DNA of 64,000 bases from contig CP075497.1 of NCBI GenBank assembly GCA_021613535.1, positions 496,001 to 560,000 on the forward strand, given 5' to 3'. Below, piece by piece: positions 12,670 to 26,361 of this stretch (position 1 is the first letter of the stretch; each line of letters begins with the position of its first letter). The notes below the pieces were generated by a model. The model ran no database searches. It was not told where the DNA came from and saw nothing but the letters and a program-made list of their open reading frames with translations. Source of the stretch: Adineta vaga. Its lineage: Eukaryota; Animalia; Rotifera. The translations under genes were made by a program, and so were the position numbers.

Positions 12670-13142
12670 TCATTTCCAAACCATCGTCGCTGCAAACCGG
12701 TACATCTATGTGTCGAAGAGATGAATGGTTTTGAAGAGGATCCAATGGTATCATACCAGTAGTATATAAAGTTCCACGGTTTAGTTGTGGTAGTACTTGC
12801 ATATTGAAGCTTCCGAAAATCGAGTGAAAAAAAGCGTAATTTTTTCAATTTTGTCAAGTTAAATATGATAGATTCTACTGTTTCATATTCAATCTCGTGG
12901 AAAGTAAGTGATCGCAGTTCAGTAAATTGTTCCAGACCAAAACGAAAGAATAATGTTGAATATATTGTTGAAATTGAACTTGTATCTTTACAATTCTTTT
13001 TATCGTATTTTAATTGACTTGAAATTTATTGATGATCATATGTTTAATATGACAACACTGATTAATACGTTGTATCATTTGTCAAGATAGACTTTGGAAA
13101 ATATTCATAATAAATTAATTCTTCAATTTTTTTCGAAGGTAC

Positions 13143-13316
13143 GTAGGTAAAGTTAGCACTATATTCGAGTAGTTCTTGTCCGGATTCGCCTGAGAACTTG
13201 TATTGAGTTTTAAAATGGTTGTACTGAACTCAAAATTCAATTTTCTATCAAATGATGTGGTTTTTTCGACGTGAGTCACCGAGAGAAAAAAATTGTCACA
13301 TCCACACACCCTCAAG
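13143..13316 (+). repeat. ~170 bp dispersed repeat ending in CACCCTCAAG (second copy 45002-45170)
   Basis: Colinear high similarity with 45002-45170. Confidence 0.85.
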
Positions 13317-13847
13317 GAAGATCATAAATACATAAATCTACTTCTATAAAGATGATTCATAAGATATATCAGAAAAGTAAACACACTGCAAGACTTGCAT
13401 ACTCTCAGATTTTCAAATAATATATATTCTTTGTTTTTTTTCCTAAGAGTAAAAGCGTGACAATCAAAAAAGTATTTTACAGCTCTTTGTTTCGCTCGAT
13501 AAAATATTCATTAATTATTATTCGTTGATGATTACTTTTGAAAAAAAAAATTTCTATATCATTTTCTATCTGAAGTGTTAATGGAAAAGTTATTTCTATT
13601 GAATATTATTATTTTATTCTGTATTTAACGCACGTTTTTTCAGTTCTTTGTATAATATTTCTTATTTTTACATTTTAAGATCGTATATTTTAATAAGTTG
13701 TTTGTTGATAATAATTCTCTGTTATGATATACGTTTGTTAGAATACTATTGAGTAAAAAGTCGTTCTTTCTTTGTATGATTATATTCCAGATATTCTGAT
13801 CAATAATATTCAAAAGACAAGTTAATTACTTTTGTTTTATCTTGATA

Positions 13848-14990
13848 ATGAATGTCAGAAACCTATTTAATTGGTTTCGTGAATATATTTATCATTATAA
13901 TCTTTTTATACCGGAAGAAAATGATTACAATGATGATGAAAATAATACAACAACAACAATTCTTAGACATCAAATATATGCTACTCGATTGTATGTTCCT
14001 CTTCTCATCAGTAAGTATAACATGATTTATCTTTCTTTCTTTCTTAATTTTTATTGATTATTTGTAGTAACCGTATATATTCTTACATTTATTGTTGTGA
14101 TTATTCCACCACGACAAGAGATATCTGTATCAAATACAACAGAATCATTATTCGATCAACTTTATCATGAACATAGTGAAACACTTTCTTGTTCATGTTC
14201 ATCAATTAATATACCATATAAAAGTTTTGTTACAAATACAATTTCATTTCATCCAATATGTTCAAGTATTTTTGTAAGTCAAGAATGGATTGAAGCACTT
14301 TATTCACCATATGCGAGTGCATTTTTAGTAATGGATTTTAGAAAAATGGCGAGTTCACAAGTCAGTAAATCTTTTGTCTTATAGAAACATATTAATTTCT
14401 CATTCGCATTCCAACATCCTCATACAATTTTAGTTTGAGTTTCTTGCTGCATTTTGTTTGATTTCTCGAGAAAGAGTATCTCAACTTCTGGCTGATATGG
14501 ATAATGAACAACTCGTGAGCTCTGAATTCTTACGAAAAACAGAAGTACAATCTCGTATCATGGTTGATATTGATATTATCAAGGCAAATGCAGCTACTGA
14601 AGACACTATAACACTGCGTCTTCTTCAAATAGCAACTCAACAAAATTCACTAATCTCTGCTCTTCAAACCAATATATTTGTTGCAGTATACACAGAGCTT
14701 GGAAGATTCAATTCGGTATATCCTTCCTATACTTTCTACAAAGATGACAATCTTAATGCAATCGATCAATCATTAATTTTGAATTGCTATGCAAAAGCTT
14801 CTATTACTCCAGCTGGATTCTACTTATATACACCATTTGACAGTGCTATCAATCATATGAATTGGCCTTTTGATCCTCCAAACTTTGAACCAATAGCATC
14901 TGCAATAGTCGATGGATTCTTTGGTCGATGTAATGTAATTGATTCTATACTCGCAAGTACATTGAATTGCTTATATAATATTAATATATA
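13848..14990 (+). pseudogene. Truncated member (module 1 only) of the Cys-rich multi-TM family also found at 57952-64000
   Basis: NLFIP.ENDY, ATRLY, LSCSCS, HPICSS.FVSQ.WI, DFR..A.SQ|FE.L...C, STLNCLY shared with the 63-64 kb exons, with the same intron positions; breaks off near 14990. Confidence 0.75.
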
Positions 14991-15009
14991 TATATTATCT
15001 TCATTAGAT

Positions 15010-16029
15010 ATGAATTTGATTTGATTCTTAAGCCAAAAACTTGATCGAATGTCAAATGTAAATTGATTTAATTGTAAAATTTGATTAAGAATATTTCTTA
15101 TGTAACAATGGAATAACTAATTCATCATAGGCATTTGAATCTTGATTGCAATATAATGAAAAACATTCTAAGTTAGGTAAGATTTCCTAGAAAAACAATT
15201 TCATTTAAATCAATGAGATATTAATAAAAACTAATCTACCATTTTACTGATTATTTCATGTCGAAAATGACGAATGGAAGAGATATTAACATAGAATATT
15301 CGAAGTTGAGGTAAACGTCCCCCATCAAGTAGATAAAGACAATCGAAGAAAGATTAGACATTAACATGTAATTCTACAAGATTTGGACAATTAATATTTG
15401 GAGATAAAGTCTTAAATGATAAATATTGAGTAAAATTTGAAAATGATTTGAAATTTAAATACTTTAGATTGATAAACATAGTAAAGATATTTGTAAATAT
15501 AATCGTGTTTTCATTTTCTGTTGAAAGTCCTCTCTCATTTGTACGAGTATAAATAGAAAGTGATGTTATTTGATTTTGAAGTAAATCTGTCAAATTAGTT
15601 TTGTCTAAATACATAAATGTGAAATAATGAGAATTAAATTAGAATATCACACCAGTAAACAAATGTTTTTCTTTTTCTTTTTCAAGATTAAATAAGCCAA
15701 GTCTATAAAGATTAGAATAATTTCTAGAAAAGAATACGTTCTATACTTGATGATTCAACGTCGAACCATTGAATTTTATGATGAATCGAAAGTAAAATTT
15801 GTGAAATGAAACGATCAAGTATTGTAATCGATAATGGATAAATAGAATTATCGGAGAAACGTTTCATCAATATTAAATGATTTGTAAAAGCTGAATCATA
15901 TACAAATGTATTAAGCCTTTTATTAATATTTATCAAAGAAAAAAGTATTTCATCATTAGACAAATTTTTGAAAATGATCACAAGAATTTCAATATCAAGA
16001 AACAAATCGAGAATCGAAGTTTTGTGCAT
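15010..16029 (-). pseudogene. F-box / LRR-like multi-exon gene, probably truncated
   Basis: N-terminal L..EIL.IIFK.L.N.EILFSL..INKRLN F-box pattern; downstream L..L.L LRR-like exons; 3' end runs into the truncated gene on the other strand. Confidence 0.6.
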
Positions 16030-16496
16030 AAAACCAGGTTCTTTTGTGAACAGTTTATGATTTTTTATTTTCAGTTTGTTTTCTTCCAACTGCTTTTTCC
16101 AAAATTTCGCCAGTATTATCAACGCATTTTGTCTATTATAAATAACAATCAATATTTATTCGAATACATCAATTCATATAAAAAAAAACTCAAAATAAAA
16201 CATAGATTTAGTATACTCATGTGCTCTCATAATTGATTGTTGTCCCAGTTAAATACAGCTAAAGCTAAATCTTTCGGCCAAAAAAAGTAGGAGAGAATAT
16301 TGAGCATGTTTTCTAGTTATCTATAAATAATTGATTTTTATGCAATCTTTCTTTAAAATATCATTCTATATATATTTAGGATTGATTTCTTATTAATCTA
16401 CGAACAGGGGAGCAGTGAAGAGTGTGTTCATCATGTAACTTCATCTTCTACTCCATAGTTTTCAAAATGTAAGTTATGAAAATAATAGTAGTGTCA

Positions 16497-16727
16497 AACT
16501 CGAAAGTTGAATTCAACTATCCAAACTATTCAGATATCGCATTTAATGAAAATTCTCGTAAAAAAAATCGACTCTACATAACCACTAAAATCCTCCATAT
16601 TTTTGTACACCGCCGCACCCTCAATCTGCTTCAACGCTATCTGTCGACTCCGCCCTAAAGACTTGAAACAGTTAACACAACTGAACGAATTATCATAGAT
16701 GAATAGTTGAATTCAACTTTCAAGTAT
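16497..16727. mobile_element. Small MITE-like inverted repeat
   Basis: ACTCGAAAGTTGAATTCAACTATCCA vs TGAATAGTTGAATTCAACTTTCAAGT. Confidence 0.5.
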
Positions 16728-16737
16728 TACATATATG

Positions 16738-16795
16738 TTTGGGTGGGTGTAGGCACTACATCTATCTAACACCCTCATCAACACCCACCCTGAAG
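16738..16795. repeat. TGAGGG/TGTGGG hairpin element, loop type A
   Basis: GGGTGGGTGT-AGGCACTACATCTATCTAACA-...CACCCACCCTGAAG; loop shared with 44787. Confidence 0.7.
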
Positions 16796-17018
16796 TACTT
16801 CTTTGGCTGAGATTTTATTATTTAATACGAACAAGGATGAGAGCGTGCATTTCGAATGTAACAATTGAATAGAGAATACAAAGTTCCCGTATTTCGTTTG
16901 AATAAATGAGTAAAAACTGATCACACATCGAATGATTTACAAAAAAAAGTAAAACGATATTTTAGGGTGAGAGTGTCTCTTCATCCATATTAACCCATGC
17001 TCTTGATTTAAAAATGTA

Positions 17019-19030
17019 TCAGCAACTGATTACTTCTGTTGTTTTGATTAAATAGTTTAATTCATCTGCATTCAATCTCTGTGCAGATTCCAGTGTATTT
17101 CTCACTTTTGCATGATACCAATTCAACCAATCCAATTGAGTTTTAGTTAGCATTTCACATACAATTAGATTACGATCGAATGGTACGAATGTTAGTGGTT
17201 CAAAGTGAAGAAATTGAGTCATTGAATTAAAATAATTGTCTTCTAATGTATAATTCTGAACCATAATATGTGTTTCAAGACGAATACCAAATGAATCTGG
17301 TAAATAGAAGCCTGGCTCATCGGAAAACACCATTCCATGTGCTAATGGTATGTCAAGAGAACTATATCCCATTCCAATAAATGAAGGACCTTCGTGAATA
17401 GAAAGAAAATGGCCAATACCATGACCAGTACTATGAGCATAATCCATAAAATTTTTATAAAGAGATTGCCGAGCTAGAATATCAAGTTGTCGACCATAAG
17501 TTCCAACAGGAAAAACAGCATCGGCTAAATCAATACAACCTTGTAAAACGAGTGTATATGCTTTTCTTTCTTCCATAGTCGATGTTCCAAATATATGCGT
17601 TCGAGTAACATCTGTCGTTCCATCTAAATATTGTGCACCCGCATCTAGTAGATATATTTGATCTTTCGTTATTCGAGCTGCTATTGTAGCATTGGGCTCA
17701 AAATGAATTACCGCAGCATGAGCACCGACTGCTGAAATAGTGGAAAAACTAATTCCTTTGAAATAATCTTCTTGTGATTGATAAAATTCTAATCGTTCTG
17801 CTGCTTGTGTTTCGTTGACTCGATGATCATTCATAACCTCATTTTCTAGCCAGGCCAAATGTCGTACACGTGCAATACTATCGCGAATACTGGAATCACG
17901 CATACCTTTTTGTTCAATCGAATTTTTGATGGCTTTTGTGCGTTGCACCGGTGAACCTATAGGTAAATATATCTAACATGATATAGGTATTCAATGATGT
18001 GTTAAATACCTGCAATGAATCTCTTGTTCACAGGAATATTATTCAGAATAGATTGTGATACAGATCGAGTGATCCATATTTTGTTGATATTGCTATTGTT
18101 AGCTATTACATTTAGATCAGATAAAAATTCTCCATAAGATCGAATGGTGACATTCTTCAACTGTGTTTTTGCCTCGATCGTCAATTGAGATTCATTCATC
18201 CAGAGATGAGTTGTTTGATTAGCATATACAAATGCATAAGCCTATATAGAATACATTCTCAATCGAATCAATAAAAGTAATCTGTCACTTTATACTTGAA
18301 AGAATGGACTATATGAGATGTCAGAACCACGTACATTGAATAGCCATGCAATTTCATCGAGTGCTATTATCAAAAGACCATCCATAGATTCAGCCTTGAT
18401 TAAACCAGCAATGATTTCTACTTTATTTTCCCAAGTAATACCAGCAAACTTTATATCATGAACATAAACTGGATTGCTTTGAGTCATTAATCGAATTTGA
18501 TCGATTAATTCATCCATCCCAATGAATGAGACATCGTTTAAAGTTACACTATATTTCAGCGATGATAAAAGATTAGATGAGATAAATTGAGCAGCAAAAC
18601 CAACTTTATTATAGATTGACATAGTTTTCAATTTCTTTGAAATCCAATCACTAACCGTCGGAACATCAGGTTCACCTAGTGCCATAAGAAGCCAATTAGC
18701 ACAATCGAGTTCGTTTTTGGCTTGTATCCAATATTGACGATCAATCCATAATACAGCTTGATCCAATGTAACAACAATAGTATCGATTGGACCAACAAAT
18801 CCAGTTATCCATGCTTGCCGTGTGTCATACTCTTGGATATATTCATCTTCTGAGGAAACAATATATGCATACAATCCAAGATTTTTCATTTGAGCTCGTA
18901 GATGTGATAATTTTTCTGTTGTATTACTTTGAGAACGTTTAATCGCACAATTATAATTCATATTTTGAGAATTTATCGATTGAAAACTACCAGTAAGAAG
19001 AATAAAACTGATTATTAGAATTCTTATCAT
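17019..19030 (-). CDS. Xaa-Pro aminopeptidase (aminopeptidase P, M24B), signal peptide, 3 exons
   Basis: LDAGAQYLDGTTDVTRT, HSTGHGIGHFLSIHEGP, SDEPGFY, GIRLE metal-site motifs; LDEIAWLFNVRGSDI; introns ~18242-18294 and ~17960-18008. Confidence 0.92.
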
Positions 19031-19474
19031 CCTCGTAAGTTTGTCTATTAACATGCAACGACTGTCGATGAATTGGTTTTTTGCATCGCTCTTTACTTTT
19101 TCTTTTGTCATAAAATAAAGATTGTAAGTTATAAACGATAGAATTGAATAAGTTTTATTCTCATACCAACAATATAAAGTTTTATTTTAACTATAAAGAA
19201 CGAAACAGTAACTCATTGTTCTTGCTACATATAAGATTTTATTTAAATGTATTTTGTAAATAAATCTTCAGGATTCAATTAGTAAATGTCATATATATTT
19301 AAAAACTGATAAAGACTTTTTGATTATTTTAAGTATTTTTTCAGTAAGATCTTATCAACGCTATTTACTCTATTATGTCTTTCTTCTATTCTGTTTGTTT
19401 CTTGTCATCATAGTATTATTCAAATCAATATTAACCGTACAAAAGCAATTTGTTTTAAAAAGTATCATAATTTG

Positions 19475-22032
19475 ATGTCAAACAAAATAATTTTATCACT
19501 TCATACATTACCCATCGAATTAGTTTATCGAATATTAGATAATCTTATTCTATTGGATATACTTCTATCGATATATAATGTTTGTATTCGACTTAATTCC
19601 ATTATTGATACGTATCATCGATATAAAGTAATTCAATGATTAGATTTTAAAAATATTTTCTCTAACATTTAATTATTGTTTAGACATTCACGAAACTTCA
19701 TGTCAATTTTCCATGGAATAACAAGTTTACATCAGAACGTATTTTACACATATTAGCGAATAACAGAGTAAGAAAATCATATCTGATCGTAAAAGTTATA
19801 TGCTCATGAATATCTTTTTTTCTTACAGACAATTACTAATTTTATCTATAGTTACGACATAATGAATGTTAAAGAAGCAAAACATCTAGCTTATGCATTG
19901 AAGAATAATATTGTAAAAGAAATATTTTTTCACTGATAATGAAATTCTTGTCTTCGCACATAGACTCTCATCTCATTCAATCTTAATATTGGGGAGTACG
20001 GCAGTGATGTACTATATCATCTGAAAGATGGATTGCAGCATAACAAAGTAATAGATAAAAACTTATTTTTATTGTCTTAAAATTTATCATTATCTTATGA
20101 TTACAGACACTGACTACATTTGAACTTTATTACAGAAATATGGGTTCAATAGAGACACGGAATCTTATTGAAGCATTACAAGATAATATGGTGAGATAAA
20201 TATCTGTTCATATAACCCCTCTATCATTATGAGACGACTCTTGAATATATAGACATTAACCACATTAGGTCTTGTGGGTAATAAGATTGATAGTGAAGGA
20301 GCACGATATTTGGCTAAAGCATTACAAAACAATACTGTAAGCAACAATGAAAACTTTTTTTTCGATTAATTCGTCAGATTGTTGAAATCTAGACACTTGA
20401 AACTCTTCTTTTGCAAACGAATCATATAGGTGATGATGGGTTACAACATCTTTCACATCTGTTACAGAAAAATACAGTAAACTTATGTTCTTCTCATATA
20501 ATATAAATATTAACATTAACATATCCTTCAATACAGTCAATTACTACTCTCAATCTGTACAATAATAAAATTACAGATATTGGTGTACAATATTTAACTC
20601 GAACATTATTAACAAATACGGTAGAATAATTCTATTTAATTCAATAATAATAAAATGATCTTTATGTTTTTCTTACAGACGCTAACCACACTCACTCTTT
20701 ATTTCAAAAATATTGGAAATAATGGAATAAAATACATAGGAGAACTATTGTCGAAAAATAAGGTAAGCAATTTCTAGTGTTAAATGAATGTAAAATCACC
20801 ATTTTTTGATCAATTTAGACACTCACTACGCTTCATCTTTATATTTACGATGACAACAACGAAACTTTACAATATTTGACTCAAGCATTATATAATAACA
20901 CGGTTAGAAAAGTTTTTACTAATCTATTATGAAACATAATGTCACCTTTTCATACAGACATTAATCACACTCAAACTTTCTGGAAAGAAAATTGACGCTC
21001 AAAGTGCACAAGATTTAGCTGAAGCAATAGAGAATAACTCAGTAAAATATTTCTTTAGTTTAATCAATGATTTGAAGAATTTTTATTTTTCAATGTAGTC
21101 ATTGAATACTCTTGAACTATATGGTAATGATATTGACGTCGAGGTAGTAAAATATTTAAGTGCAGCATTAAGAATCAATAAGGTGAGAAAATATTCGTTT
21201 CTCTTACATGTCAACGTCATTTAATAATTGAGTATAGACACTCACTAAACTCAGTTTACATAACAGTCATATTGGTTGCGATGGAATAGGATATATTGGA
21301 AAAGTATTGGAAAATAATACGGTAAAAATAATATCAATTTTCTTTCAACGATTGGTAACTTATTTTAGTTTTTATATATAGACACTTCTAACTCTTGATC
21401 TTCGTTGGAATTCAATTGATGACGAAAGTGTAAAGTTTCTTTCACAAGCACTTCAGAAAAATAAAGTAAAAAACATATCCTTTTCCTATATGACAAGCAA
21501 TCTAACTTATTTTATTGAAAATAGACATTAATCACACTCGATCTATCTCATAATAGTTTTACTAACGTCGGTCTAGAACATCTAGTAGATGCATTGTTGA
21601 AGAATAAAGTATGTAAACATATACTATCTATTTTATATTAATAAATAGATCATTGTGTGTCAATACAGATACTTACAACATTTCATCTTGGAGCGAATAA
21701 AATTGATGAGAAAGGAGTTCAGCTCTTGGCCAACGTTATAAAGAATAATACAGTAGAATATTTTAATCATTTTAGAATTACAAATATATAAGTATGTTTT
21801 GATTTAGACATTAACAGAACTCGATCTATTTTGGATCTAGATCGACAATAAAGGAGCACATCATCTGGCCGTAGCATTGTAATATAATTCGGTGAGTAAA
21901 CTTCTCTATTTTCTTTAGTAAATTTGAATCATTGATTATATTTTAATATAGACTCTAAAGACACTTTTCTTTCAAGAACATAAGATCACAGATGAAATGC
22001 CACTGTATTTATATGATCTAATGAATCAATAA
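19475..22032 (+). CDS. F-box plus ribonuclease-inhibitor-type LRR protein, 18 exons (16 internal exons of exactly 84 nt); exon 17 carries two stops
   Basis: Exon 1 MSNKIILSLHTLPIELVYRILDNL (F-box). Exons start at 19684, 19829, 19964, 20107, 20253, 20393, 20537, 20679, 20819, 20958, 21099, 21238, 21382, 21525, 21669, 21808; each is 84 nt, AG/GT bounded and encodes TLTTL.L..N.I...G...LA.AL..N. Last exon 21952-22032. Confidence 0.9.
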
Positions 22033-22039
22033 TAATGTA

Positions 22040-22072
22040 TGAGGTGTAGGTGAAGAAAGTATACCCACCCTT
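22040..22072. repeat. Degenerate TGAGGG/TGTGGG hairpin just after the LRR gene stop
   Basis: TGAGGTGTAGGTGAAGAAAGTATACCCACCC. Confidence 0.45.
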
Positions 22073-22550
22073 TTAATGTCAGTACCAATTGGTAAATCTG
22101 ATTTTAGTCGATAAATTAAATTTATTATTTTACTTTCTCTTCTGATATTATCAATTCCGTGTAGTTTCTTTTAACTCTATCATTTGATTTTTAATAGAAA
22201 CAATCAAGAAGCTTTACATAATCATGTAATGATTAATATTATTCTCACATAGTCTTATAACTATTTTATCCTTTTGTTTGAGAATAGTTTTGATTATAAT
22301 CTAATAATTTGTGATGAAACATATTTACACAATAAGTCAACAGAAAACATCATAAAATGTTTTTCTATTTATTTTACTTTATAGTTGTTTATTAGAAATA
22401 TTTAATCTCTATTAAAAATTATCTTGTAAACACCAAATACAGTTTGTATCAATGAAAAAATTAAAAACGATTTACACGTTATTTTAGTGTTTATAGTTCG
22501 ATTATAAATTTTGATTTGTGTTAATAAATCGTATCAGTTGAAAGACAAAT

Positions 22551-23191
22551 TTAATTATAAGTATCTATTTTAAAAAGAATAATTAAAATATGTAAAATAG
22601 ATTGAGAAAAAGAATGACAAACCATTATAAGCGATAAATGAAACCAGACATTTATCAAATAACCTGCGTATAAATATATTAACCAAGATAAATTTTTATG
22701 AAGTGAAGTAAACGATCGAAAACGAATGTATTGATAGATAATAACAATGATTGGAGCAATACTCACCAAAATAATACCCATCCAAGCGAACTAAATAATA
22801 ATAAATGAAATATTATCATTAATAAATAATTGTTTATATTGAATTAACCTACCAGACGTAAACCTATTCGATGAAATTTATATGTAACAAGAAGTCCAAA
22901 GCCATTGTATAAAAATAAAATAATGGACTCGATAATTTGAAACTCTTCTTCTCCTTGAAAAAATTCATCTCGAGTTGTTAAACCAGCAAGACCTGTTATG
23001 AAAAGAAGTAAAGAAAATCCCTTGAAAGTAAAATAAATTATTATAAATCTTTTGTTATTAAATAAACTCACTAAATTAACCCAAAGTAAAATGATAAGTA
23101 ATTGATAAATGAATTTGATTGAAGATTGACCAGTAGAAATCTCATTGCCAATTACTCGATTTAATCGATTAGAATTTAAAAGATACTGCAT
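22551..23191 (-). CDS. Small multi-pass membrane protein of unknown function (at least 2 exons)
   Basis: Several hydrophobic segments in two ORFs joined by a GT-AG intron (~22792-22849). Confidence 0.5.
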
Positions 23192-23936
23192 CTCAATCGT
23201 CTTTTCTCTCTCTCAAGTTAATCAAATCATAACGATTAAATACGATCATCACAAAATCGAATTAGATAAGAAATTCATAAGTATCGATTACTCTCTTATT
23301 AATTAAAATGATAAGATTTTGTTATATTTTTTTTCTTTTCTTAATTTGAAAGTCAAGATACAAATGAGTTAGAGCTCTGCATGAGATTAGAAATGTTTGT
23401 TTCATTCCATGACTTTGTATATTAGTCAACTATCTATTTAAGAATAAATTCTTCTGCTGATCATTAGTGCTAGTAATATAGTACTGTGAGTGGGTGATTG
23501 AAGAAGAGCGAGGAAAGTAAGAGATTCATATCTTAAGAATCGTTAAGATTGCGAGAGTTTGCAGTTTCCTATTGTAACTAATTCAACCTGAAGAATATTT
23601 CCAAGAAGAGTTTTTTTGTCGGAATGATTCAAATTACATACGCGTGTGAGCTTTGTGTAGAAATCTACTCATCGAAATTGAATGTATGAAACGAAAAAAA
23701 AAGATTTAATTAGTCAAATAAATAAATGCAGCAGATGTTTTATAAAATCCAATAAAACTAATAAGAAAAAATGTCCATAGAAGAATTAAAGATATTATCA
23801 TAATTTAGAGAATACTTTCTATTCCGCAATGTTGGTCATTCCGGGTGATTCCTGGTAATGCAGGAATTCCCACATGGAATCACATCCACACTCAAAGATC
23901 AATTAGAATAACCAAAATGATTTGTATTATTTTATT

Positions 23937-24920
23937 CTATGTAAAACGATTTTCAATACGTAATAACCAACAACTAGCATTTACAATATATCGAGCTGTT
24001 CCTGCTGAGTCCCAATTACAATACAATTTTGTAAAACCACAATCTAAGCATATTCGACCTTCATTTATTGTTGAATTTGATATTGGATCATAAACAGCAA
24101 TACTTGTATTGCCATCACTAGCTGTTCCAATTGGAACAAACACTCTACGACTTGCTTCTTTTGAATATACTAGATGACAAATTGTGATGCCTTCAAATAA
24201 GTTTTTGATTCCAGTAAATATTTCATGTTGACCAAAATGTCCTTTTTCTCGATGTCCATTCTCTTTATAAGTCATTGTATTTGCACCACAATAATTTCCT
24301 TCAACAATAATACCAAATTTTTTACTCAGAAATTCATTCGCATGACAAACAAAGGGTATATTATCAGCAAATAGAAATATTCCGCCACCATTAGAATGAA
24401 AGTTTGTCAAAGATGAAATAATATCCCGATTATTAATGCGACTATTACTTATAATCCATGCAACTTGATATTGGTTTGAAGCAAGTTCTTTAATACATTC
24501 ATCTTCAGTTTTGACATATTTTACTTGAAATCCTTTCATTTTAAGTTCATCAATTGGTTTTTTCATATTAACATCAGGGATACCTTCATAAAATTGTCCG
24601 ATTAAAATGTTAAATCCCATAAATACTCCATCTCTTCCAAGATCATATTCTCTTCCAACTGGATTCCAATGGCAATCATATGCTAAAGCATCAGTAATAT
24701 TACTTTTACCTATAACATCATTATATGCTTGTAATGGTACAGTGCTTGTAGTGGTTTTATTAGTAATAGTAATAGAGGACGACGACGATGGTACTGTTCG
24801 TTGTTTAACTAATCTTTTCTTTTGTTTGATAATTTTATTTTTTACAATGCGTATTTTAGTAGTTTTGACATTTGATGATTTTAGTTGACGTGCTAAAGTA
24901 GCACGAGTTATTGCAACCAT
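23937..24920 (-). CDS. Intronless 327-aa protein, basic N-terminal tail plus class I glutamine amidotransferase-like (flavodoxin-type) domain
   Basis: Long clean ORF; L..KGF.V, YQVAWIIS, F...GGGIFLFADN.PF...AN, H.IFTGI..LFEG.TI, GRI.LDCGFTKLY pattern; fold call is by eye. Confidence 0.65.
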   Translation of the reverse strand: MVAITRATLARQLKSSNVKTTKIRIVKNKIIKQKKRLVKQRTVPSSSSSITITNKTTTSTVPLQAYNDVIGKSNITDALAYDCHWNPVGREYDLGRDGVFMGFNILIGQFYEGIPDVNMKKPIDELKMKGFQVKYVKTEDECIKELASNQYQVAWIISNSRINNRDIISSLTNFHSNGGGIFLFADNIPFVCHANEFLSKKFGIIVEGNYCGANTMTYKENGHREKGHFGQHEIFTGIKNLFEGITICHLVYSKEASRRVFVPIGTASDGNTSIAVYDPISNSTINEGRICLDCGFTKLYCNWDSAGTARYIVNASCWLLRIENRFT

Positions 24921-26361
24921 AATATAATAGTAAGAAATGGATAAAATAGTCTGAAAAATCTACTGATAGAATGAACTCTATTGTAATGAAGAGAAAAATG
25001 AGTATTTATATAGTGTAGAAGTAATGTAGTTGCAACTACTAAGAGTAATTTCACAATCGTATGAAAGTACCGTGTAATCATATGTAATTGCACAAACATA
25101 TTCTACTGAATACAATCTTCGGTCCGTGTGCTGTATATGTTTTGATGACTGTTACTCATTACAGAGTAGCGGAAGACGCTAGAACGCTGACAATATAGAG
25201 AGAAGATTGAAAACTAAATTAATGGGCAATTTTCATAAAGATTTAGTTGAAATATGAATTAATCTTACTTTTGATTATGTAATTTTGATTTATTTTGGTA
25301 TTCTGTGAAGTAGTGACTGCAGAAGAATTCACATTTTTGAATATATGAGCTTCCTTGAGATGGTCTTCTTTAAATTAATCTAGTATAGAAGAAAAAAGAG
25401 AAGGCTTAAGTTTATAATAAGTATAGTATCAAGATGTTCAGATCATATGAATTTAATAAAAAGTCTATCCGTTACTCTAAAATTATATCACGCTATACGA
25501 CTGATCGCCTTTGAAAATTTATTTTGCGTAAATAAGAATCAAAATCGATTCTTGATTCTTTAAAAGAAGTTCATCTGTTTTTATCTCAACTACATACCTA
25601 CATATGTTACTATATTTCATAGTTGTCATAATGTCATTACACTGGGTATTCAGAGCCGAACGTCTAAATATCCAACAGGGTAACCAAATACATACGGCCA
25701 GACAATCTCGTTACCCAATAACCAAACTATATCCTTCAAAATCTGAGGAATTTGAGAGAATTTGGTCAGACGGTCTGATTGCCTAATAATTTTATCATGT
25801 CCTTGAAAGATTTTATAATAGCATTTGATTCCGTACATTCGTTCTCTGTTGCGTGTCTCAGTATTTCATAGCTAAAAAATGTTTTTTTACGAAGTATATT
25901 GATGAGACAGTTTTATAATGTCAAGATTAAACCAGATGTAACTAGTAACACCCTCGTGCCTAGAATTCATTCTGTCAATCCGTTTTTAGATTGTCAGAGG
26001 GTAAGGCACAAAGCGAGGGTGTTGCGAAAATCCGTAATTTTTTTAGAGTATACTCTGTTCCTTCTTCAGAACACAGTTCGTAATACACTGAATAAGATCT
26101 CCTCATCTTCACACAAACGTTGCTGGTCAAATGCAGCATCAAATATTGTTACATTAGACCTTTAGCATTTCAATATAGCGTGAAGTACTCTCCACATCAG
26201 TACTGTTAGACATCGACTATAACCAAATTCACTGAAATTCCTCAGGTTTCAGAAGATACGCTGCTCTATTTTAAGAAGAATACCCCGCGTAATGGTATTA
26301 TGACATCACTCTTATTATTTGATAATTTTTGAAAAGAAAAAAAAAAGAAAGTAAATGAAGA

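Noticed and set aside
12550-12762. ORFs with GVGEG/HPHP runs (also 35054-35308, 44707-44910)
   Set aside because: Translation of the hexamer hairpins, not proteins.
20165-20540. Minus-strand ORFs in the track
   Set aside because: Antisense to the exons of the plus-strand F-box-LRR gene.
25560-26290. GC-richer stretch with short ORFs
   Set aside because: Possibly a decayed gene or TE, but no motif I can support.
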